Source: Camelus ferus (taxonomy: Eukaryota). Taken from it: DNA of 64,000 bases. Location of the stretch: NCBI RefSeq assembly GCF_009834535.1, contig NC_045697.1, positions 118,112,001 through 118,176,000 on the forward strand. Direction: 5' to 3'. The notes under the pieces are model-generated. The model had not been told where the DNA came from. It worked only from the letters and a program-made list of their open reading frames with translations, and searched no databases. Below are positions 51,554-64,000 of the stretch, in pieces (position 1 is the stretch's first letter; every line of letters begins with the position of its first letter). Made by a program: the position numbers and the translations under genes.

Positions 51554-51830
51554 CTTGTCTGTGGGTGGGATACTTCCCGGGTGCCCCTCAGATGCCGCCC
51601 TCTACCTCGCTCTGCTAGGTGAGGCTGACCTGCAGGGACAGCTTCCTTGGGCTCCTCACTCTCTGGCTTCAGGAGGAGGGGGGGGGGGAGTAGTGAGATC
51701 AGGTGACTCACTGCCCGGCTCCCCACCACCACCACCACCCCTGAGTCCACTGTGCAACACCCACACCCCAGTTAACACACCCAGCCCCTCCCTGTCCCTT
51801 CTGTGACTGCCCCTGAACCTGGGTTAATGC
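51554..51830 (-). promoter_or_regulatory. Candidate promoter and non-coding first exon
   Basis: GC-rich unique island; minus-strand donor AAG|GTGAGG at 51554/51553; no minus-strand ATG in 51554-51700; TGACTCA 51704-51710; G11 run; CACCC boxes upstream. Confidence 0.5.
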
Positions 51831-54800
51831 TTCCATCTTTGGGGGCCTATGGCCACACTGTGGTAAATGGTCCTTTGGGAAATACACCCTCCTCAAATTA
51901 TTCAAGGGTGCAGTGTATATCCTGTTGGAACCTTTCCAGATTCTCTAATTTGTTAATGCCAATTTCTGCAAAAACAGCCAGCTTGCTGCTCCTGGTTTCC
52001 ATTGCAGATTTCATTCATCAGCCTTTCAACTCCTCTCTATGGTCTTGGTCTCTCCAAAATCTTAGACTTTACATCTTTACATAATGATTTAGAAGCTACT
52101 CTGAGCTCTTAAATGAAGAAAATGGATTATGTTTTTCAAAATCTTTTCTCCTTCTTTTTTTTGTTTTCTTTTTCCTTTTGGCCATCGATATTGTTCTCTT
52201 TCAAAGGGAACTGTTCTTTCACCACAAGGTATCTTTTCACCTCTCTGGTTATTTTCTATTCTCTTGCGCTCGCAGTGAGAAGTATGTGCTTTCCTGATGG
52301 TGAATTTTGACATTGATTCTGCCTGAAATTCCAAATCTGTCATGTCACAATGGAGGCTTTATTGAAGAAGTTTAGATTCAGCCAAAATTCTCCTAAATAT
52401 TTACCAGTTTTGGGGGGATTTCTGGGGAGAAAGATGGAGGTAGCCACATTTGAATTCAGCAACTTCTCCTCTTTGCCAAAAGGAGAAATTAAAAATGTAT
52501 CATAAGATAAATGAAAGACAGTTACAACTGCATTCTTGCTTTTTGCCTGGAAGTGCCCTTTCCTGCTTGGTACAGATTCTGTCGTAGAAACACTTCCCAG
52601 AAACGTTCATGGACGTGTAGTTCCCTCTGAGTGTTTCATGAACCACACAAGCCTCCATTCCCATCCTTGCATTTAGGATTCGTCTGACATCAGTTGGAGC
52701 ACCTTTGTTAATTTCAGTGTTTTTGTTGGCTTGTTTATTATCAATGCCCATTGTTGCAACAGCTCAATGTTTACAAAATGTGATAGCAGTAATCTGCTTT
52801 GAAATTTACTCTAGTATAAGTGTTACATGGACCAAAAAAAAATCCTGTATGATGTCATTAGAAAATTTAATTCCTGTCTCTCATTACCTGTTTGAACTGC
52901 TTCTAATTTTTCTTTCTCCTTGGATAAAATAGAGAGTAAATCCCATTAATTTTCTGGTCATTTTCAAAAGATAAAATTTTCCATGATCTTTGGTCCTTCC
53001 CAAAATCTCAGTTCAGGAGTTGAAGTGCTTAGTGCCATAAAATAGACAAAACTTCCAAATTCCTGTAAAAGGTAGAGTTTCCTGCACTATCCGTCAGAAT
53101 GTCAGACACGTACATAAGACTACCGTTGTCCTTTACTTGCCCGAAACCACAGTCACCCTTATTGAACCTTCCTCTGTGGAGCACGTGTCAATTCAGGGCC
53201 AGCGGGACTGTATCTTCATCACACCAACAGTAATCACTGGGCACCACGAAATATATTGTGAAAATCCATTATGTCTTATATCCAAACTCAATGATTTTGT
53301 TTCTTATTTGGAGACAAAAGTTCTTGAACAAACCAGGTGATGGAGTGGTTTAATAAATATTTATGCTAATATTCCCTTAAATATATTAGAAAAAAGTCGA
53401 TAAACATTCCTGTGTGCAGTCAGAGACCATTTATTATTTCCCAGATTATTTAGCGTCCTTCTCACGATCTGCCACATTCTTCCCTCTCCCGGCTCTGCCG
53501 TCTCATCTTGGATTGCTCCTTTCCTGCCCACACTCACTGCTGGTCTCTCTCTGCTCCGTGCTTTCACTCCTTCACTGAAGACAGTTTTTAATAGAATAGA
53601 GGAAAGGAGGTAGCAGCACTTCATTTCTAAGTGCCCATAATTCTGTTTTAAACCTCTCTGCTGTTTGTAACTGTCCCTGTGATTCCTGCCCTTTGCGGTT
53701 CATATGATTACTGAAAAAAAAAAAAAAAAAGTAGACCTTGAAAACCATCCAGAAGGAAACAGTTGTCTAAAGGGGATTCAAGGACCTCACGTAAAACTTG
53801 CACAATCTCAAGAAGCCCCTCTCAGCTACAGAATCCCTTCTTGCTTTATAGAGTGTGGTTCTACTCACTCTACCCGGCACTTCAAGACTATTTTCAGTTT
53901 GATTTGCCTGTTGAGAGCAATGCAATACTTAATCAGCCTCTGTTTCCTGATCTTTTCTGCCCCCTCCTCCTGAAGCTTCTCAGATGTATGCATGGTAAGT
54001 GCTCACACCCTGTGACCAACGTTAACACGTTTCACACTTCCAAGTTGCTCTCCATGACTGTTCCAGCAGCCACAACTGCAGAGTTCACGATTATGCACCC
54101 TTGGCTGCTGTGAATGTCTGTTGGGTCCAATTACGTCTTTTTTTTTTTTTTTTTTTTTTTTTTTCTAGGCAAAGTGCAAGCACCTTGTCTTCAACTTTCA
54201 ACGAGGCTGTCATTTCACACCAGAGGAAGCTGGCAACTTTATGTGAAACACATGTGGAGCCCCCAACAGTCACCAATTAGTGACCGGCATGCAAAACAAT
54301 TGAAACAAGGAGGGAAACACACTCCCGTGTCTGAAGGAAGACAAAGCAAAGTGAAACAGCAAGAATAAAATCATGTGGTTTGAAGTCAAAACGATAATTT
54401 CTTGAAGTTTAAACAAATGATTCATTTAAAATAATCCCACTTCCCGTAAAAGTAAAAACCTCTGAAAGGTGAGGTTAAGAAATTTGGAAGGAGACTGTGG
54501 ACCGCAGGGGAAAAGGTTGTGCAATGAAGAGCATTTATAGAGCACCAGAACTTTAACCCTCCCCCCACAGCAATAACTCCAGAGGGACTATTTGTGCAGA
54601 GGCAAATTTGGAAACTAATTACAGTTTTTGGAGATAATATGGTAGAAGCATGCTCTGTTGGAAATGAAAGAAAATATATGGGGCTCAATCACACAAGACT
54701 CCTCATTTTACAAAAGAGAAAACTGAGCTATTCGTTATTAAAAGTGTATCTGTCTTGGAAGAGTTCTTAATTCTACTTTTTTTGTTGTTGTTCTTAATCT

Positions 54801-55029
54801 CTACTACTTGTTCCTGGCACAAAATTTTGACACATATTCTTTCTGTTCTAGAATATTTTATGTAGGCTTACAGAGGATAAAAACTTTTTCAGAAAATCTG
54901 CCTCCTCCCAAACTTCTCAATGTAAAACGTTCTTGGATTGGGGAAAATTTTTAAGTTTAGAAAAAAGCCTAATTACTCATTTGGATAAATTTATCAACCT
55001 GTTTTTTTCAGACTATTGTATTATAAAAT

Positions 55030-55640
55030 CATTTTAAAACTTTTTTTCTGATTCAAAAACATTATACAGTGAAAAATTAAGAAAAAATAAAAACACTTAT
55101 AAAGACAAGTAAGAGAAAACCATTTAGCATTCAATAATATGTTTTGATGGTGTTTCTCAAAATTATTATTACATTTACTGGAATAATTTTCAATACACAA
55201 GTTTGTAACCTAGTCCATCAATCTAAACATTATTTTAGGACTTTTTTTTCCATGCTGTTTAATGCTCCATTTACTTCAATAGCTGCATAAAATTTGATCA
55301 TATGGACATATCACCGTATGTGTGTGTGTGCACGTGCTGAGCATGTGTGTGACTTCTGCCACCATCATTTAGTCCACTGATTTGTCATGAAGTATATAAA
55401 TGATTAGTTTTAAACATTTTTACATGAAACGTTTTCCCTAAATTTTAAGGAATTATTTCCTTAGGAGATATGCCTAGAAGCGCTCAAAATATACAAATAT
55501 TTGTACAAGGTCATTTTGTTTGCTAAAAACCTTTGACCAATTTATAATCTGCCACCAGTGTGTGAGGCTCCTGCCTCACTTCAGGTCAGCCAGCGATGAG
55601 TTTTATGGATCATATTATTTGACAATACCAGGCTAGAGAA
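55030..55640 (-). mobile_element. Old L1 (L1M-type) fragment
   Basis: ATTATTTCCTTAGGAGATATGCCTAGAAG and ACCAATTTATAATCTGCCACCAGTGTGTGAG antisense ORF2-end motifs. Confidence 0.6.
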
Positions 55641-56511
55641 GTCATAGCTTAATTAGAAAAACCCGGTAAAGTGGGAAACATAAAATACATACATATAACC
55701 TATTTTATAAATTTTATATAAACCTGAAATGTATTAACTTGCCTCTTTTCTGATTTAGAGCCAAAGGCTCTGACTTACCTTTTTGCTTCATTTTTCTTGC
55801 ATAAACTATACCCACCCTACATCACCATGATTTTCAGGGTTTTTTTTTTAGAGTGAAGCAAGAAATCAAGGACACTTATGAAGCAATAGGAATGCAGAAA
55901 CCCTGTGACCTTTAAAGATATTTGTGACCTTGTGTTTTTATGTTGCTGTCTCCAAAATGATTTTGACATACATTGCTTTAGTCTGTTTATCTTTACTCTT
56001 TTCAAAGCAGAAATTGAATGAATTTGTTCATTGTAAAGGGGAGGGTAAGGACAGCTCTCTGACCTTCATAACCTTTTCATTTGGTGCTGAGCACTCATTA
56101 TATCCCACTATTTTTGGGGTAGAAGCTCATGATGAAGTACAGTCTAAGGAAGAGGTCAGAAATGATACCTACTAGACCACATGTCTTTCTATTATTGTGC
56201 ACAAGCAGAGTCTTGACTTGGGGCCAATGGCTATGTTATTAGCTTTGAATCTGCTCACACTGCAAGAACACTTTCCTTAGTTCTTACCACCTATAAATAC
56301 ATAAAAAGCTGACTGAGAATAGATATGAGTACAATTACTTACTGTCAAAAGACTGACATGAAAAGCTGTGGAACAACAATGTATACTGAAAGGCCCACTC
56401 TCCACCTATATCTCATGCGAAAGGCTGATAAGATTTCAGCAATTTGCTCCACTTGTAAGTCACCAACTTATGTATTCTTCTCTGACATTTAAAAATATCT
56501 ACCGGGATTCT

Positions 56512-57731
56512 ACTAGCTTTAGGTGTGCAACATAGTGATTCAATACTTTTATAGATTATAGTCCATCTAAAGTTATTATAAAATCTTGGCTATGTTTCCT
56601 GTCTTGTACAGTGTATCCTTGCATCTTATTTATTTTATCCTTAGTAGCTGCGTCTCTTATCTCCTGCCCCTATCATGCCCCTCTCTCTTCCCTCCCCCGC
56701 TGATAACCGTGACTTTGTTCTCTATATCTGTGAGTCTGTTTCCATTTTGTTATATTCACCAGTTTGCTTGCTTTCTTGTTTAGATTCCGCATATATGTGA
56801 CTCCACATACAATATTTGACTCTCTGTCTGACTTATTTCAGTAAGTGTATAGCCTCCAGTTCCATCCACGTTGTTGCACATGACAACATTTCAATCTTTT
56901 CATAAATGAAAAATAGTCCCTTGTGTATTTCTGGTCTACTGACTCTAGCCATCCTGACAGGTGTGAGGTGGTGTCTCATTATGGTTCTGATTTGCATTTC
57001 CCTGATGATTAGTCATGTTGAGCATCTTTTTGTGTGTCTGTTGGCCATCTGTGTGTCTTCTTTGGAAAAATGTCCATTCAGATCTTCTGCCCATTTTATT
57101 GATTAGGTTGTTTGGTTTATGTTGCTATTGAGTTATATGAGCTGTTTATATATTTCAGATATTGACCTTTTATCTATCATATCATTTGCAAATATTTTCT
57201 CCCATTCAGTAGGTTGTCTTTTTGTTTTGTTAATGCTTCCATTTGCAAAAGCTTTTAAGTTTAATTAGATCTCATTTGCTTATTTTTGCTTTCATTTCCT
57301 TTGCTGTGGAGACAGATCCCAAAAATATATTGATTTGTGTCAAAGATTATCTGCCTATTTTTTGAGGAATTTTATGGCTTCTAGTCATATTTAGGTCTTT
57401 AAGCCATTTTGAGTTTATTATTGTATGTGCTGTGAAAAATGTTCTAATTTTACTCACATGTAGCTGTCTAGGTTTCCCAGCACCATTTATTAAAGAGATT
57501 ATCTTTTCTCCAGTGAATATTCGTGCTTTATTTGTCTTGGATTAATTGACCAAGTGTGTGAGTTTATTTCTGGGCTCTCTATTCTGTTCCATTGATCTAT
57601 TTGTCTGTTTTTGTGCCAGCACCAAACTTTTTTGATTACTGCATCTTTGTAGTATAGTCTGAAGTCAGGGAGTGTGATACCTCCAGCTTTGTTCTTTTTT
57701 CTCAAGATTTCTTTGGCTCTTGGGTTGTTTT

Positions 57732-57766
<35 letters not shown>

Positions 57767-58019
57767 TTCCATATAAATTTTAGGGCTGTATGTTCTGTTC
57801 CTGTAAAAACTGTCATGAATATTTTGATAAAGGTTACATTAATTCTGTAGATTGCTTTGGGTACTGTGAACATTTTAACAATATTAACCATTTCAATCCA
57901 TGAACACTGGATATCTTTTCATTTCTTTATATCATCTTCAGTTTCCTTCATCAATATTTCATAGTTTTCAGAGTATAGGTCTTTTACTTCCTTGGTTAAG
58001 TTTATTTTATTTGTGTGTA

Positions 58020-58050
<31 letters not shown>

Positions 58051-60338
58051 TGTTGCGACTTTAAATGGGATTGATTTCTTGATTTCTCTTTCTGATAGTT
58101 TATTATTCGTGTATAGAAAAGCAACAGATTTCTGTATATTAATCTTGTATCCTACAACTTTACTGAATTCATTTATTAGCTCTAATAATTTGGGGGGGAC
58201 TGATTTTAGTGTTTTCTATATATGATGTCATCTGCAAATAGTGACAATTATACTTCTTCATTCCAATTTGGATACATTTTATATCTTTCTCTTGTCTGCT
58301 CTGGCAAGGACATCCAGTACTACGTTAAATAGTAGTGGCAAAACTGGGCATCCTTATCCTGATAGTAGATGAAGAGCTTTTGGCTTTCCATTGTTGAGTA
58401 TGATGTTGGTCATGGGTTTGTCATAAGTGGTTTTTCCCTTTCAGCACTTTACATATAACATGCCACACCCCTCAGGCCTGAAAAGTTTCTGCAGAAAAAT
58501 CAGCTGATGACCTTTGGGAGTTCCCTCTATGTGACTCCTTGTTTTTCTCTTGCTGCCTTTAAAATTCTCTACTTATATTAAACATTTTCCAATTTAAACA
58601 TGATGTGTCTTGGTGTGAGTCTCTTTTGGTTTATCTTGTTTTGGACTCTCTGAGATTCCTGAACCTGGAAATTTGTTTCTTCCTTCAGCTTTGGGAAGTT
58701 TTCAGCCATAATTTCATCAAATTCATTTTCTACACTTTTCTCCCTCTCTTCTCCTTCTGAGACCCCTATACCACACATGTCAGTTCACTTGATGTTGTCT
58801 CAGTGGTCCCTTAAACTGTCCTCCATTTTTTAAAATTTGTTTTTCTTTTTGCTATTCTGACTGAGTGATTTCCATTATTCAGTATTTCAGATCACCTAAG
58901 TATTTTTCTATTTTTCTGTATGACTTCATCTGCTGTTAATTCCTTCTGGTGTGGTTTTTGTTTTTTTTTTTTTTTCAGTTACTTTATTCTTCATCTCTGA
59001 CTGGTTCTTTTTATATTTTCTAGTTCCTGGTTAAAATTTTCACTGTTTTCATCTATTCTTTTCCCAAGTTCATTTAGCATTCCTATTACTAATGCTTTGA
59101 ACTCTTTATCTGGTAAATTACTTGTCTGTTTCTTTAGCTGTTTCTTACAGGGAGTTATTCTTGTTCTTTTGTTTGAAAGAAATTTCTCCGTCTTCATGTT
59201 TTGTTTAACTTCCTCTTTCTTTATGAAATTAGAAGAAACAGCTACCTCTCCTGGTACTGAAGTAGTGTTCTTGTGTGGTAGCTTCTCTATGCAGCCTGTG
59301 TACCAGTGGCTTTGGTGGACAGCTGGATCTGGAGTAAGCACTGAGTCACATCTTTCCCTCAGGAGTGTTAGCAGCTATCACCTTGGTAGGAGGTGGGGCT
59401 GGAGATGGACGGGCTAGAGCCAGAGTCAGGTCTCAGCCAGGGCTTCTCTACTGCTTAGTGGGAGTCACAGTTTGCTGGTCGGAAGTTGCTGGAGCAGAAG
59501 TCACAAGGGTCGGGCCCAAGCTGGTTCTATTCCATCTAAGTGTGCACTCTCCCTACTCCCAGCATGGCCCCTTTGCCCCCATGGGGTGCAGGAGTGGAGT
59601 GAGAGGAGCTGGAGCAGGCACTGGGTCCCAGCACACCAGTCAGAGTTCCAGGCTGCCCTTGATCTTCTGCTCTCTGAGCTCCAGCAGTGGCCGTCCTTGT
59701 CTGGTTTAGATGCAGTACAAGGTCTCAGCCAGCTCCGTCCCCGTCAAATGCTCATTCCCCTTGGCAACAGCAGCCTTAACCCTAGTGGGAAGCTGCCCTG
59801 GAGCAAGAGGGGCTGGAGTAGATGCCCAGTGTGGTTAGGGCACATTCGGGGGCCTTTCCAGGAAACCAGCCGGAGCCCCAGCCAGTTTCAATCCACTTCC
59901 TCTGCAGATTGTTCTGGAGAATAAGCAAGTGTGTGTACCTGTTCTGCAAGAGCGGAGTCTGGGCTTCTTACAGCCCTCCTGGAAGTCCCACCGGTTTTCA
60001 AACCAGCTAAGGGGTCTTGTGTCCTGGGGTTGGACCCCCGGGCTGGGGCGCATAATATGTGGTTGGACCCCTCATTCTCCAGGGAGGATGCCCATGGCTG
60101 TGATTTCCCTCCTCTTCTGTGTCCCTTGCTAGGGAGTTGGGTCCCAAACTGATTGTTTCCCCTCCCTCCCTACCTGCCTCTGTGTGGATCCTTTTCTACA
60201 GCCTTGGTTCTAGAAGAGTCTTTCTGCCCATCTCCAATTGGTTTTCAGTGGGAGCTGCTCCACACATAGACATATTTCAGTTGTGTCTAGGAGAAGGTGA
60301 GCTCCTTGTCCTCCCACTCTGCCATCTTGATCCCCTCC
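56512..60338 (-). mobile_element. L1 retaining 5' UTR, partial ORF1, ORF2 3' part and 3' UTR, with internal deletions; non-functional
   Basis: 5' end GGAGGGGATCAAGATGGC (YY1 motif); ORF1 peptides LPDKEFKALVIGMLNEL and GVSEGEEREK..IMAENFPKL; ORF2 peptide [37 protein letters not shown]; (TG)n tracts near 57737 and 58012. Confidence 0.95.
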
Positions 60339-61564
60339 TGTCTGTTGTCTTTTTCTTGATGCTACTTTGTTTACAATAATGGAACTTCTGAAATTCCTCT
60401 CAGAGTGTCTGTTTCTCCTAAAGAACACCAATTTATTTTTCCAGGTCAATTAGACAAGCTCTCACTTCCTGAGACCCCAAATTCTCACCTCAATCCTTAG
60501 AGAAAATCTCTCTCTACAGTTCAAGTCCCTGCAACTTGCCTAGCGGCTTTGTCTACAGTTCCCTTAGTACTATCCACATAATGAAATTCTATTTTCCTGA
60601 TAATTCCTTTCACAAAATCAAAAAGGGGGTTGCTCTTTGTTGCTTTATGTGAGTTTTTAATTCAGTCGTTCAATTCAATTTCTTATATAAATGAGCTAAT
60701 AGAAGTATACTGATGTTTGGCCATGTAAGCATTTCTCGCTTTAGGATTTCACCAAATGTCATGACTCGCTGATCTCTGTGCCATGATGTCCATTTATTTC
60801 ATCTAAGTGTGCCGTCTCCCCACTCCCAGCAATGGCACCAATGCCCCACTGGGGTGCAGTGCCCTCACACTCATTAGGGCACTGATCTTCATCACTTCCA
60901 TACATGCTGTGTGTCTTACATCAGTTTAGGGCCCTCTCTGTTTGTTTTCTCTTCCAAAAGGATGTTAGTGTAAGAATTAGGGATGCCATTGGACTTCCTC
61001 TCAGCAACCAACTGCTTTTTAGCTTATGGAAATTCATGGCTGTTTCCTTGGGACTTGCTAAACCTGTATATATTCATGGGGCCCACAAGCCTCAAGCACA
61101 GGAGAAAAAGACTTTCTCACTGGGTCTTCTGTGGATCGTTCTGAGGATGCCTATGTGGGACATCCTTCCAAATAACTACCAGATTTAATGACAGATTCTT
61201 GATGCTTACCTGAAATACTCTGCATCCTTTTACATTTGGTTCACAGTGGCACATGCTGACCACAATAAAACAATAATTTTAGTATATCTCCTGCAAAGCT
61301 ATTTTTCTTTTAGTCTTAGATCATTAATTTCCAACACTTCACAACAAGAAAACCTTGCTCACGTGCATTTCTGGACATCAGAAAACATAGCAACAATAGC
61401 GCGGTTCCTGAATACAGTTAAGTGTTACCTTCAGCTAAGTGTTGGCCGAAATCAGTGGACAGATCACAGATCTGCTTTGCATGTGCAGTGATTATCACCA
61501 CTACTACCAGTCTTTTTTCCTGTGGTGTAGAAATGGCATCTCCCTTACTAATTTTTGATGCATT

Positions 61565-62560
61565 GGTTAGATTTTCTTACATTGTGCTGCAGTGATAAAC
61601 AGTCTCAAAATCTCAGTGGCATACAGAGACATAGGTCTAATATTGGCTAAAGTCTGCCTGTCCCTCCACTTCACTTATGGACCCGGGGTAGACCAGTAGC
61701 CAATATCTATGACAATCTTGGCACAACAAAGCAGGTAGCATCAGAACCACCTGATAGCTCATAAAACGTTTTCTCAGAAGGAGCACACATCATCTCTACA
61801 AGTATTTCTTGGCCCCAAACTGCTGCTTGGCCCAGCCTGAGGTCTTGTGAGGATGGACTTACTAGGAGAGGGGATACTTTGACAGTAATACAATCTAACA
61901 TAGTTGCCCTCTTGATAAAAAACATTTGCTTTTCTTGCCATGCACAAGAACTACTCTCACTCCCTTCTCCAAGGAGCTAATCCCAAAGCCCCAGCTCTAG
62001 GATTTGTGATCATCTTAACACTGTCTCTATGTGGATCTTCTTTTTCTGTAAATCTATTAACTATAAAGACAATTTTTCTGCCTTGCTCACACACAGAAAA
62101 AAGCAACAGTTGAACAAATCCAGAAAACCATAATGAACACTCCCTTTCAGAAAGAAACAATGGGGGCAGAGGGCCATCCTGGGACAGAGCAAGTCTGTAA
62201 TCCCGCTGGGAAGACATGGCGGCCCTGCCCTGAGGGTGGGTACCACCCCCTCCCTGGGAGGGGCTCCTAAAGCCCTGGTTCTCCAGGACTCGTGATTCCA
62301 TCTTCTGAAAAATACTCTTCTCCTCAACCACAAATGATAAAACACTGAAGAATATGCTATTTTGGGCAAATGACTTCTACCCTGCTTCCTGTTTACAGAA
62401 TTTGGGGGATCACCAAAAAAGACTATTTTAAGTCTTGAACAGTCAGCCTCTTGTAGTTCAAGTGACTCTTTTGAAAGTGATACCTTCTCAAAAACTTGAT
62501 TGAATTGTTTGTGATTTAAGTCAGTTCTATGTGTCAGTATCTCACACAAATCTTTACAAG
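61565..62560 (-). mobile_element. Old MLT1 LTR (~61565-61900) with adjoining MaLR internal sequence
   Basis: TGCTGCAGTGATAAACAGTCTCAAAATCTCAGTGGC LTR end; CACTCCCTTTCAGAAAG...AGCAAGTCTGTAATCCCGCTGGGAAGA internal-type motif. Confidence 0.6.
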
Positions 62561-62897
62561 ATGTGACTATAAGTTTTTTAACTTACAGATAGTTCCATAT
62601 ATTGCTTTTCTCTCTCTGGGTGATTATGCTTTGTTTATTTTTCAGTCACAATCTCCCTTTGATACCTTGTAACTAAAATCCAAAGTACAGAGTTTCATAT
62701 TAAAGAGTAACAAGGGTGTGCACACATCTCCCTGAGTCCTCATTTCTGAGCTGGTTGCCTGGTCGCCATTGGTATTTATAACCTCCCTCCTCTGGGAGGG
62801 GTTTCAGGCACACTGTGGCCTTAGCCAGGGTCTCAACGGGTGAAGTGATCTAAACCTCTTTACCTGGTCAGGTGATCCAAACAGTCATTTTCCAAAC

Positions 62898-63205
62898 CTT
62901 TTTATTTTGGTAGAATTCAAATTTATAGAAAAGTTGCAAGAACAGTACAAACAAACTCCTGTGTGTCTTCACTCAGATTTACCAGTTCCTGATCTTTTTG
63001 TTCCATTTACTTTTCCATCATCTCTCTCTATATTTATGTGTATGCATGTTACTTTTCTTGACCCATTCAGGAGTTAACTTGGAACTTTATACCCTTTTAT
63101 CACTAAATGATCTCACAGATATTTTGTAAGAACAAGGCCAATGTTCTTACCTAACATTGGTATGATGATCAAGTTAGGAAATGTATCATTGGTGTAAGAC
63201 TATTC
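62898..63205 (-). mobile_element. L1MC-type 3' end
   Basis: TTCAAATTTATAGAAAAGTTGCAAGAACAGTACA...TTCACTCAGATTTACCAGTT...TAAGAACAAGG. Confidence 0.75.
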
Positions 63206-63934
63206 AGTCCTTGAATTCCTGTGTCTTTGGTCTTGCTTCTTCGGCTGTCTGTATTTTGCCATTAGCTTTCAGCACAAGATTTGCAACTATGATTTGGTGT
63301 CCCAGAGAATTCCCTGGGTTCCAGACCACAGTCAGAATATTAACTGTTTTCACTGCCTGTTGGCAAAACTGTTAACAGAGGTGAATTCTGTGATGAAGTG
63401 GTAGTTGGCACACTTTGTGGGTGTGTCTATGAGTGATTTCACAAGTGTCATCTTTTTCATGAGCACGTAGCAGTGATACAATTATAAAATATATATTTTA
63501 AAATAATACACCACTGCAGAGTAAGTCATGAGCCAAGAGTGAAGAAACCTTGTAAATAGAACAGTTTATAATCAGCTCACTGCCACTGTAGTTGTCCCCT
63601 CCTCCAACTGTGTCCTGTCACCACCGCCAGGCTCCCTCCTGGTGGTGTGGGTCACCCGCCACCCCTGTCTCCCACCCTCCCTCCCCACTCAGACTCAGCC
63701 CCTTCCAGATTTCCTCGGCTTCAGCTGCTTATCAAATACTATCTTACTTTTTCCACTCAAAAACAATATTAGGTGAAGTACAAAGGTACTTTTCATGAAT
63801 ATACATTCATCAAGTTGCAAAATATTGAGGGAAAGTGAATATGTGAGTACATGTGTTCCTCTTCCATAAATGGTGCTCATTGGTGGTAGAGAAATACACA
63901 TAACTTATAAATGAAAAATTAGGTATATCAAAAG

Positions 63935-64000
63935 GAAATTGGGTTGGGGATTAACAGACACACATTACTTCACCTAAAAGAGATAAACAACAAGGACCTA
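63935..64000 (+). mobile_element. L1 3' UTR fragment running off the window
   Basis: GGGATTAACAGACACACATTACT...AGATAAACAACAAGGACCTA. Confidence 0.8.

Noticed and set aside
59365..60449. GC-richer block with many overlapping ORFs as a promoter or gene
   Set aside because: It is the 5' UTR of the L1 at 56512-60338
55773..61215. Strong minus-strand donors near 55778 (AAG|GTAAGT) and 61209 (CAG|GTAAGC)
   Set aside because: No convincing acceptor or promoter context; such matches are expected by chance in 64 kb
1..64000. Six-frame ORFs of 60-162 aa as genes
   Set aside because: None resembles a protein I recognise apart from broken L1 ORF1/ORF2; many start at non-ATG codons, overlap on both strands or lie in repeats
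1..64000. Prokaryotic or viral systems (CRISPR arrays, operons, defence loci)
   Set aside because: The sequence is mammalian; there are no regularly spaced repeat-spacer arrays and no gene-dense regions

Overview
Mammalian genomic DNA, most likely camelid (camel/alpaca/llama): four tRNA-derived Vic-1-type SINEs and cetartiodactyl-type L1 3' ends are present, and no Alu, B1, Bov-A/BovB or PRE-1 elements were seen. The window is AT-rich, non-coding and heavily covered by interspersed repeats (L1, L2, MIR, MaLR/ERVL/ERV1 LTRs, Tigger1, MER53). I cannot support any host protein-coding exon; the only recognisable peptides are broken L1 ORF1/ORF2 pieces. Three unique-sequence islands look regulatory: a GATAAAA-box promoter with a candidate first exon at ~12.3-12.8 kb (- strand), a small CpG island at ~31.3-31.8 kb, and an AP-1/CACCC promoter with an ATG-free candidate first exon at ~51.55-51.8 kb (- strand). 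They may be alternative 5' ends of one minus-strand gene whose coding exons lie left of the window; I could not identify that gene. I found no convincing new biological system. The best leads are these promoters, a MER41-like LTR with a STAT motif at a duplication junction, and several unusual retrotransposition or repair structures. Repeat family names come from my recall of consensus sequences and need RepeatMasker/Dfam confirmation.
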